From Amphiscolops sp. MND2022 (lineage: Eukaryota), in NCBI GenBank assembly GCA_964187785.1, contig OZ076409.1, forward strand, positions 80,602,001 to 80,666,000: 64,000 bases of DNA, in the 5' to 3' direction. A program made the translations under genes and the position numbers. Within the stretch, counting starts at the first letter, position 1. The number at the start of each line of letters is the position of its first letter. Below are positions 1 through 9,500 of the stretch, piece by piece. The notes beneath the pieces are model-generated. The model saw only the letters and a list, made by a program, of their open reading frames with translations. It made no database searches and had not been told where the DNA came from.

Positions 1-1
1 T

Positions 2-1807
2 CAACGCCAACCAGCGTTCATTGCAAACCGTGTAGGTGAAATCTTAGATAACACTACCTCCGATCAGTGGAACTACGTTCCTACGTCTAACAATCCCGCT
101 GACTCAGGAACCCGTGGGCTCTCGGCTCATGATTTGAATTCAAGCCACTGGATTTGCGGCCCTCCTTTCCTGAAAACGGATCAATGGCCTTTCCAACCCA
201 GTCCCCCTCCAGCTGGTTGTTTCATTCCAAGTAAAATTATGGAGGAGGCAACAACGAAAGATGCGCTGAACGTGGAAAGCATGACTTCCACTTGTGAAAC
301 AAGTTTAATTGACTGGTCAAAATTCAGTTCCTTCACAAAAGTACGCCGCGTCATGGCCTATGTGCTGCGATTACTTACAAAACATCACCACTTCCGCTCT
401 GGGAAGCAAATTGTCGATCCTGACGAGTTAGCCAGAGCCGAAGAGAAACTGTTCTATCTGTCACAGGTCGAAACCTTCCCATCAGAACACAAATTGCTAA
501 AACTGAAACAAAACTGTACTGCTTCTAGTCGAATTGCAACCCTGACTCCGTTTTGTGGTCCTAATTTGGTAATACGGTCCCGAGGTCGACTTCGCCGTCT
601 CATGGAGTACGATTTCCAGTCAAAGCACCCAATAATTTTAGATTCCCGCCACCCGTTAGTACGTCTACTTCTCGAGTTCTTACATCGGGAAAATTTTCAT
701 CAGGGCATAGATTACCTGCGAGCTATTGTTCAGTCGCGTTTCCATGTGTTGCGATTGCGAACTACACTACGTAGTATTCAATTATCCTGTGTTGTTTGTC
801 GAAAACGCAGAGTTAAACCTTCGCCTCCTATCATGGCTGATCTTCCGAACGAACGACTAGGAGTTGATAGCCCCCCTTTCAGCTACACCGGCGTAGACTA
901 CTTCGGTCCCTTCTTTGTCAACATTTGCAGGACAACCGAAAAGCGATGGGGCTTCCTGTTCACCTGCCTGACTACCAGAGCTATTCATTTAGAAGTTGTT
1001 GCATCCATGGATACAAGCTCTTGCGTCATGGCTATCGAACGCTTCATAGCTCGCCGGGGCATGCCCAAAACGTTATGGTCTGACAATGGCACTAATTTTG
1101 TTGGAGCTGAAAAGGAGTTAACCCAATGTTTCAAAAACTGGAGTCACAACTCCATCAGCTCAACTCTCGCTGAAAAGGGGATACGGTGGAAGTTTAACCC
1201 ACCAGGCACGCCACATCAAGGTGGCAGTTGGGAAAGACTTGTCCGAAGTTGTAAACAGGTCTTATATGTGATCTTGAATAACCGTCGATTAACTGAAGAG
1301 GTCTTGACTACTGCGCTGTGTCTCGTAGAACAGGCCCTAAATGCTCGTCCGCTCACTTCGGTAAGTAGCGAAATCACCGACATGGAAGCGTTGACTCCAA
1401 ACCATTTTTTGCTCGGTCGTAACAGCGTTACACTACCTTCGTCCTTACTGAACACAAATGTAGACTTCAGAAAACGCTACTTGAAAGCTCAAGCCTACGC
1501 GAACGCTATTTGGGAACGTTGGCTGCGCGATTACGCTCCACAACTGAACAAGCGTTCAAAATGGCATCGAGAATCTCACCAATGTTTGAAACCCGGAGAC
1601 CTAGTCTGGATCCTGGACCCCACTAGTCCTCGGGGCTATTATCCGATGGCAAGAGTTACACAATTGCAATATGGTGATGACGGGGTAGCTCGCTCCGCTG
1701 AGCTCAAAACTCCTACCGGCACGATCGTTCGTCCAGTTATTAAATTAATAGCAGTTCTCGACACACCGATTTCCGGGGCGGAGGATGTTTCAGTTCCAAG
1801 TCAATGA
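2..1807 (+). CDS. BEL/Pao pol polyprotein C-terminus (RNase H end, HHCC zinc finger, DDE integrase), 5'-truncated by the window edge
   Basis: Uninterrupted frame. H-x4-H...CVVC zinc-binding motif; catalytic D (VDYFG), D (SDNG) and E (WERL). The ORF-track start at 134 is internal to a longer frame. Confidence 0.9.
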   Translation, partial: QRQPAFIANRVGEILDNTTSDQWNYVPTSNNPADSGTRGLSAHDLNSSHWICGPPFLKTDQWPFQPSPPPAGCFIPSKIMEEATTKDALNVESMTSTCETSLIDWSKFSSFTKVRRVMAYVLRLLTKHHHFRSGKQIVDPDELARAEEKLFYLSQVETFPSEHKLLKLKQNCTASSRIATLTPFCGPNLVIRSRGRLRRLMEYDFQSKHPIILDSRHPLVRLLLEFLHRENFHQGIDYLRAIVQSRFHVLRLRTTLRSIQLSCVVCRKRRVKPSPPIMADLPNERLGVDSPPFSYTGVDYFGPFFVNICRTTEKRWGFLFTCLTTRAIHLEVVASMDTSSCVMAIERFIARRGMPKTLWSDNGTNFVGAEKELTQCFKNWSHNSISSTLAEKGIRWKFNPPGTPHQGGSWERLVRSCKQVLYVILNNRRLTEEVLTTALCLVEQALNARPLTSVSSEITDMEALTPNHFLLGRNSVTLPSSLLNTNVDFRKRYLKAQAYANAIWERWLRDYAPQLNKRSKWHRESHQCLKPGDLVWILDPTSPRGYYPMARVTQLQYGDDGVARSAELKTPTGTIVRPVIKLIAVLDTPISGAEDVSVPSQ

Positions 1808-2030
1808 TAGCTTGATTTTTGGAAGTCGAAACGTGTGAACAAAAAACTTTCTAGTTTCATTGCCGAAATTTGCTAGCAGTTAATCAACCGTCATTAATGT
1901 TATCAAACAAGTTGTGATTTCTGCAATTCTTGACCAAAGAACTCGTTGTTTTTATTCTGCCGTTCCGAAATTAATCTCTTTGAAGAATAATATTTCTTTT
2001 CAATACGAATATATCAAACGAGGCGAAACA
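1786..2030 (+). repeat. Putative 3' LTR (245 bp) of the BEL/Pao element
   Basis: Starts with TG right after the PPT and ends in CA, with a 6-bp terminal inverted repeat TGTTTC/GAAACA. The 5' LTR is outside the window, so this cannot be confirmed by identity. Confidence 0.7.
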
Positions 2031-2434
2031 GTGGTCCCTTCAAAATTTATGCAGCCGGCCTGAAAACTCCTGACTAAGTGTGGTCCCTAGCAAATTTAGA
2101 ATAGCCAACGTAAAGCAAACATTACATGTAGTTCAAAACAGCAGAATTCAATTTACTAGCTTTTAGTGCTGTTACAGCCAATATGTATGGAACTTGATTT
2201 CAAGAGGTTAGCATATTTGTTGTATGGCTCGGTCGCTTCGCTCCCTTCGCCAAGTAGCAGCATTGAGGCATGGCCATATGGCACGTCGCTCCGCTTCGCT
2301 TCGCTCCTGCATTTAGGGCACTAGGGGTATGTGAACATAGCTGACTACGTTATAATAATTGTTCCGACAAAATACGCAGGGACCACACTTAGTAAGGAGA
2401 AATCGCTTGGGACCACACTTAGTCAGGAGTACCG
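2031..2434. mobile_element. MITE-like element with repeated subterminal inverted motifs; left end apparently split by the BEL insertion
   Basis: ACTCCTGACTAAGTGTGGTCCC (2066-2087) is inverted relative to 2409-2430 and, with one mismatch, to 2379-2399. A partial copy GTGGTCCC abuts the LTR at 2031-2038. The right end is ...ACCG followed by TA. Confidence 0.6.
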
Positions 2435-2623
2435 TATTTTGAAATCTTCTTTAAATTCCAAGAAATTTTTGATTCTGGGAAATTTTCCAAAAACCAAAGT
2501 GATGGCCTTTTTGGCATGAAAATGAGAAATGTACTGTGAAAAATCGTCAACTTTGAATTCAACTCAACTGGATTTGGTTAATTCGTTGCTGATTAAGTAG
2601 GATTTGATAGTGGAGGTGTTTAA

Positions 2624-2696
2624 GGTGCCGTGGTGTAGCGGTTATCACATCTGCCTAACACGCAGAAGGTCCCCAGTTCGATCCTGGGCGGCATCA
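2624..2696 (+). tRNA. tRNA-Val (AAC)
   Basis: Full cloverleaf: acceptor GGTGCCG/CGGCATC, A-box TGGTGTAGCGG, anticodon arm TCTGC-CTAACAC-GCAGA, T arm CCCAG-TTCGATC-CTGGG, discriminator A. A T4 run at 2700-2703 could serve as the Pol III terminator. Confidence 0.93.
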
Positions 2697-2736
2697 ATGT
2701 TTTGGTAATTTTGATTTATACAAAATGTAGTAACTA

Positions 2737-2943
2737 CAGTCGACATCGGCTGGCTAATCGAATACTGGTTAAAAATATTCGATTAAACGAAAACATGCTA
2801 GGGCTCTTTTGTTTTCCCCCACCACCAAAATGGGGACAGAAAAGACCCACATGCTAGTATATTCTTCACAGCTGGGATTAAAAATTTTATTCGTTTACCC
2901 GAAATATCGGATTAGCCTATATTCGATTATCCGAAGTCTACTG
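2737..2943. mobile_element. Tc1/mariner-type (CAGT-ended) MITE
   Basis: Left end CAGTCGACATCGG versus right end reverse complement CAGTAGACTTCGG; TA on both flanks. Confidence 0.55.
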
Positions 2944-3598
2944 TAATTCTATGAAAATTTGTATAATCCATTGGAAATCTTAGCACAATTTAGCAGTATC
3001 GATTTGCTTTTATTTCGCTGTGCAGTAGCACAATATGTTCATTATCCGCCTCCGTCATTCGCAGCTGTCTTGAGAATATAGTGACGATTGCTCGACAATT
3101 CAGGATCCAGATACAAACTGTTAACATTATGTCTTACGAAGTCACGCTTTGTTAATTAGGAAAGGAAATCAACAGCTTCGTCAATTTTTGAATCACAAAA
3201 GTAGTTTTTCAAGGTAATCTAGTTCAAGTGAAGGCTCTTTTCTGTTTTGGTTTCACTTTGAAGTCTATTTATTTGAAAAGAACCCAAGTGAATGAAAAAA
3301 TGAAGCAATAAATTGTCCAAACAATTGTCTAAATAAAGTGTCCTCCAAACTGTTATTCTGGAATTGATCTTCATATTTTGAAAGATATTGTTGAATATAA
3401 TCCCTTATGCTAATTTTTTGTTTGCAAAAAGTGTGGGTGGGGGATAAAAACCACGTTTTGAACATTGTTTCGAGTCATTTAGTCACAGCCCATTTTCGCG
3501 TTCCATTTTTAGTATCGAGAGCTTTACTGGACCGAATGATCATGGAATTAATTAATTTAAAGCTTTTGGACTATTTCAGTTTGGTTTAACGTTGTCAG

Positions 3599-6500
3599 TT
3601 GCTGGTTCTCTGGCGGCCAGAACTTGGCTTGACATCTGGAACATCGACAACTCCACAAAAATTGAAAGGTTGGCATTTTATAGTGATCTCATTTTGTGTT
3701 TCAGTGTGCGTTACTTCTGTCAGTGCAGGCATCTCTGATGCTGAGAACAGCCGTTGACTTAACGTCGATAAACGTCGTTACAAGTCTAGAGAGGTAACCG
3801 CAGATCAGCACCAGTTTACCCTCACAGTTGTCCAAGTTTCATTGTCCAATTAGCATCCACCCTTTTTGTTTTTTTTCTCCTAATTTTTGTTAACGTTGCA
3901 TGTTTCAATTCGTAATATTCGCAAATAATATTGAAGTTTTGGACTTTGCGCCAAAACTTTGCACGCCTCGTGTCTTTGATTGGCATTCAGTATGTTTCAA
4001 AACATGCTAGTCTCGACCCTATCTTGAAACCAGGGGGACAATGTGGCCACAAACGGAAACAGAAAATCAGCGCTCAGTTTTTCGATTTTTGGTCCCGGTT
4101 TCTTGATTTCAGAGATAGTTCGTGGAAATGCGTGCAATGCTACGTATTATTTTCTAAAAATTTTATTCCAGAGTTTTCCATACGTTCATCTAGTGCCTTC
4201 AAAAGTTTGTCGAAACTGATTGGTACGAAGTCGACCCTATCGTCCAGATAGGGTTTTAGATGTGTCAAATTTCTCTGGTTGAACGATAGTGATCAGGTTC
4301 GATGATTGCAAAACATTCTTCTGAAATAAATATCTTGAAAAGTTCAAAATTCCAGACGCTTCGAAATACTATGTACTTTTGTTCCCTATGCGCCGAGCGT
4401 GGTTCTACTGCTGCAAACGAAGCAATGCATGCGCAAAGTCTAATCAGTGTTTCAACCAGAAAACTAGTTTTCAGACAATCGATTTCGAGAAGTTTATATA
4501 ATTTGATGAGAATGAATCAAAACTCAGGTGGATTCAAACTGCAGAAGAGTTATCGACTGGGGTCGAAACCGCATGTAAAAATCTGGAAATTGCGGTTGAA
4601 CAGGTGCGGTTTGCGGTGTGTGTGTGTGCGCGGTTTGAAATTCAATTCGAAATGAACTAAAATTCGTTATCGAAGATGGGTTCAAACAGAGTTTCGTCCG
4701 GAATCTCTTGGATTTCATCATCGAATAACTTCTCGTGGAGATGACCAATGTTGTACCGAACAAACAATATCTTATCTTCTCTACTGTCTCTTCTTTCAAG
4801 TTGGCTCTCAAGTTTGTATGGAACCTTTTGTATTTGCTGAAAACGCGCTCCATCGCTGCTTCACTTGTTCGAATTTTCATCAAATTTTTCTCGAAAAACA
4901 GCAAGTGATCTTTTCGCTTCGTGTTCAGAAGATATCATCGAGTCAAGATAACTCTCGTCAAGGCCTTCGCCAAGTTTTGGACTGATCAGTTTAACCCAGT
5001 TGATAACCCTTGTAATATCTGTTTCATTAAAGTTTTTGTCAATCAATTCTATCGCCACGTAAACATCATTAATCAAGTACTCGGAATATCACTTCATTAT
5101 ATCAGCTAGCTTCTGTAATCCTCTGCGCTCGAATTCGATTCGTTCTTTCTCGTAATTTTCAAGATCGAGCATTGCCCCCTTCTCGCTTGATGTCATTCGC
5201 AACCATTTCCAGATGGCTCTGAATAGCTTTGGTTTTCGTGTCAAATTTTTTGGCTGGCCTGAAATACGATTTGACGGTCTCATATGCCTTAGTGCAGGGG
5301 TTTTGCTTTTCGAGTAAACTCAGCATGTTCGGTTGAGTGCTTGATCTCATAATGCTTGAGTAAAGTGTAACAACACGGGAACGTCTAAAGTCGGCGCTAT
5401 ATATAAGGCTCAAAAAGCGCAAAGTTTTTGAAAAATGAAAAGAAAACAATTTTTGAGGACAAAGAATCATCATTTAGAAAAATCTCACAATGCCGAAAAT
5501 TGTAAAAGGGGGGCCCTTTGGGCTTTTTCAACATTCATTCAGTTGCAAAAAGTCAAAAAAATGAAGGGAGCCCTTTGGAGACATTTGTAAATTTTGGGAA
5601 AAAAGTCTCATAATGCCGAGAAAAATCCAAAGGGGACCCTTTGGGCACGTCCGGTTTTGTAGGTTTCCTTGAAATAGTAAAAAATGAAAGGGGGACCCTT
5701 TGCACTAAGTTTCCTCTGGCCCGACTTGGCCTTCGGCCTTAGTAGTTTTAGTAATTTCTGTTGTAAGAAAAGTGGACCAATCAGGGTGAGGATTGTAGTC
5801 TGACGAGAAAGAAAACAAGACGGGAACACGTCTAAAGTCTGTGCCATATCCAAGGCTCAAAAAGCGCAAAGTTTTTAAAATTGTAGAAGGGGGGACTCTT
5901 TGGGCTTTTTGAAAATCCAGTTTGTTGCAAAATATCAAAAAGAAGGAGCGACCCTTCGGAGGCATTGAAAAATTTCGAAAAGTTTTCAAAATTTTCGAAA
6001 AAAAAACGAAAAATGGGAATTTTTAACAGTCTCATTGTGCCGAAAAATGTAAAAGGGGGCCCTTTAGGCTTTTTCAACATCCATTCATGTGCAAAACACC
6101 AAAAAATAGATGGGGGACCCTTTGAAGACTTTAAAAAATTTCGAAAAATCTCACAAACCCGAAAAAGGGGCAGGGAAAGTCTCATAGCGCCGAAAAATTG
6201 GAAGGGGGACCCTTCTGGGTTTTGCATTTCGAGGTAGAGGCCTTTGGATGCGTTCAAAATCAAGTACTGAGTACTTTTGGTAAAAGTGAATTTTTCACAA
6301 AAAGTGGTACATACGCGATGAGTGAAAAGTCTGACGAAAAAAAAGAAAAAAACTAGCCACTGTAATAGTCGGGCTCTTTTCATTAGAAAAGCGCCGACTA
6401 AAAACTAGCCACTGTAATAGTCGGGCTCTTTTCACTAGGAAAGCGCCGACTAATAATAACCAATGCTCCGCTGGTGGAACCTGTATTCTTGAAAACAAAT

Positions 6501-9500
6501 ACGACAGGTTACTTTCTCAGCTGCTGCGTTGATATCGAACAGACCGATTTAACTGTTATTTCCATTTTATCTGAAACAAGCTCTATTCACTGACCTTCAA
6601 CGGAAACAAACAAAATTTGAGAAAATTATTTGACATTACTTAGTTTTGTTAACAAATCGTATTAATGCAAACTAATGTGCGGGTAAAGGTGCGGTTTGCG
6701 GCTCGCGGTCTGAACATTTCGACCCCAGGTTATCGAAAATAAAAATTCGATATTTTTCAACGTCAATCATCTTATAAATCGTACTAGTTTCCAGAAACAA
6801 TCAATGTAAGTGTATTCTAGATTTTCATCTAGTATAGAAAAATGTATCTATGAAAGTTTATGGCTGAAACTGAATTTAGACGTAATTCCCTATTCGGTGA
6901 AAAACCGAGTTCCACTTTCGTCATGACTTTTGTGTTTGTCGTGCGGCCACCACTGAGTGTCGTTATCAACTAATTTGATCTCAAACAGAAAGAACCGTTG
7001 TTATTTCCAGTTATGAACAGGTTTTTGATTTTTTTCCTGAAACTTTAGGATTCTGCAGATTGTCCAAAATCCAGTCGAATAGTTTTTTTTACAAGGATCA
7101 TTCTAAATTAAATGAAAATTACAGTTTCTCATCGTGAAAACCTAATTTTCAATCCTCATACACGTAAGTTTGAGAGTTTTCACTTTTTGATCCTGATATC
7201 TCTAAAATCATCGATCTTTTTCGAAATCAAAACATACTCTTAGCTTCAGTACGTTTGGGGAGTTGATTGAGTATAAAACCTGCCAAAAGTTCTATGGGAA
7301 ACCATAAAAAAATTAAAACGTCAAAAAGGCTTCATTTTGCTTCAAGTTTAATAGTTCTAACTCACACTTTCTATCTCGGAAATTCTACGAAAGTTTCAAT
7401 TCTGACAATTATCGAAATTTTCGATTGAAGAAATTCGAGCCTGAAATAGGCCCGGAGATGATTTCTTCATCACACAGTAGAATACCATTGTTTTTTTAAC
7501 CATAAAACGTTACAACTGGGTCAACTTTTGAACGTCAAAAGGGCAAAAAAGCTTCTCAGCTCGACATTCAAGTTTTCGCCTTGAGAACCTTTTTTCGGTG
7601 TGAAGCTTGATTTGACTCATTGGATAAGTAAATGAGTCACATGGAAATTCAGAAAGTTTAGCAATAAACATTGAAGACTTCAGAATTGTGAGATAAATTG
7701 TTGGCAATGTTTGTTGACACTCAACTGTCGATTCTGACAAAGTTGTCAAGGTACTGGGTATTGGGTCGAGAGTATTTAACCAATTGTATGTTCTGACGGT
7801 TGTGTTTTTAGTCGGCGCGTTTTCCCTTTAAGGAAAAATGGAAATGCCCGACTATAACTTTTTTTTCCAGTTTTTCAAGTTTTTTTCCAAATAAGTTTTT
7901 TTCTTTTTGAGCCTTAGATATAGCGCCGACTTCAGACGTTCTCGTATTGTTTAAAGAATCGTTGGAGAATAGTTCGACAGTAAGTTTTTACTAAACTTTT
8001 TTCTCCGAGTGATCACGTCCGTCGGAATGTAATTACCGGATACAAAATTGAACGGAGACTTTCCTTTAAGCTGTCTAAACAGCTCCCGTACGAGCTCAAC
8101 GACATACATTTCATGAACATCCTGCATCCGACGTTGGTAGGATTCGAATTCACTACCCATTGACTGGTCACCCTTGCAAATAAGTTTCTTGATTGAAAAA
8201 TGAAACGTTTTTTTTTCAGTAAATGAAAAGCGCCAATTGACTACGGCGTTTGTGATCGAAATCATTTTATCTACATAAAACGAACCCACATCTATTTTTT
8301 GCGCACCCTTTGTCCTGTTTGTTGCCCTCTTCAATCTATTTTTTTGTAATGTGACAGAAACAACATAAGTGGAAGAGTATCAATTTTGGAGTAGCGTAGA
8401 AATACCATTTTAGACAGTCTTGCGTCAACTAGCCGATGACGTAAAATTTGATTATTTGATATGAAGTATTTTTGTGCAATTTAATGGGTAGTGTAGGTGC
8501 TTGCTGTGCACAGGCTTGAAGACGAGAAAGCCCATGTCGTGTTCAAATAGAACGGTTCAACTTTTGAATGAATGGTTCTCAATTGTTGAGTTTAATCTTG
8601 TTTCTATTTTTACATCATTCAATTAAATAAATTTTCTGTTTGTGATTAAAAGTTTTTGTTTGTGATAAACTTGATGTTAGTGAAAACGTTCTATAAAAAG
8701 GTTTGTGAAACTCCTGTATTAATTTTTAGTCGGCGCTTTTCTTAAGAAAAGAGCCCGACTATTACAGTCACTCGTTTTTTTTCTTTTTTTTTAATTTTTT
8801 ATTTAAGACAGACTCGAAGCGACGAACGTTAAAATTAACGTTCAACTACTAAATAAGTACTAAACTACTGGACCGCTAAAGGCAAACGGGGAGCGCATTC
8901 ATTTACTTTTTAAACGTTACATACAAGCCCGGACGGGACTAAAGTTTCGTACCCCCCCCCTTTCGATTTTTTTTCGGCGCTGTGAGACTTTTTTCGAATT
9001 TTTTTAATGTCCCCAAAGGGTCCCCCTTTTGAGTTTTTTGTTATTTTGCTACAAAATGCGTGTTTATAAATCAAAAAGGGTCCCCCCTTTTACATTTTTC
9101 GGCACTGTGTGACATTTTCCGAAAGAATTTTTTTTCGAAAATTTCAAGTTTTTTTCCAAAAGAAAATGTTTTGCGCTTTTTGAGCCTTAGATATAGCGCC
9201 GACTTGAGGCGTTCTCGTCTTGTTCATATTACCACAATACTTTCTTCAAATGCATTTTTTAGTCGGCGCTTTTCGAAGAAAAACGCAGACTATAGTAGTG
9301 ACTTTTTTTTTAAGACCAACGAACTGACAGATTTTATAAATTTTATAAGTTGGCACTAAACCGGCACTAACACTAAACTGTGTCACGCTACTTCACTGCC
9401 ACTTGGCCACTACGGCTTTTTCGAGGTCTGACAAGCAGAATGACATGGGTTCGAGTCCCGTCATGGCCAATTTTTTTTGTGCAAATTTTTTTCGGCTTTG

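Larger units (their letters stand above)
1..2030 (+). mobile_element. BEL/Pao LTR retrotransposon, 3' part (RNase H end, integrase, PPT, 3' LTR)
   Basis: Reading frame open from base 2 to 1807 with BEL/Pao-type motifs FIANRVGEI, NPADSGTRG, MADLP..R, GVDYFGP, SDNGTNF, GGSWERLV and LTPNHFL. PPT GGGGCGGAGGA at 1775-1785 is followed by an LTR with TGTTTC...GAAACA ends (1786-2030). Confidence 0.92.
4557..6728 (-). mobile_element. Internally deleted hAT DNA transposon with nested repeats
   Basis: Perfect 12-bp TIR CTGGGGTCGAAA / TTTCGACCCCAG and an 8-bp TSD GTTATCGA on both sides (4549-4556, 6729-6736). Subterminal GGTGCGGTTTGCGG near both ends. Minus-strand remnant TSEAAMERVFS...LRANL matches the hAT C-terminal dimerisation/catalytic-E motif. 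Confidence 0.88.

Noticed and set aside
2031..2046. GTGGTCCCTTC after the BEL LTR as a primer-binding site (which would make it a 5' LTR)
   Set aside because: The LTR follows integrase and a PPT, no gag follows it, and the motif matches the neighbouring MITE repeat unit.
5608..6498. F/K-rich ORFs here and at 9060-9715, 11004-11968, 29253-30433 and 35419-35755 as genes
   Set aside because: They are translations of poly-A/T-rich non-autonomous repeats on both strands and contain no domains.
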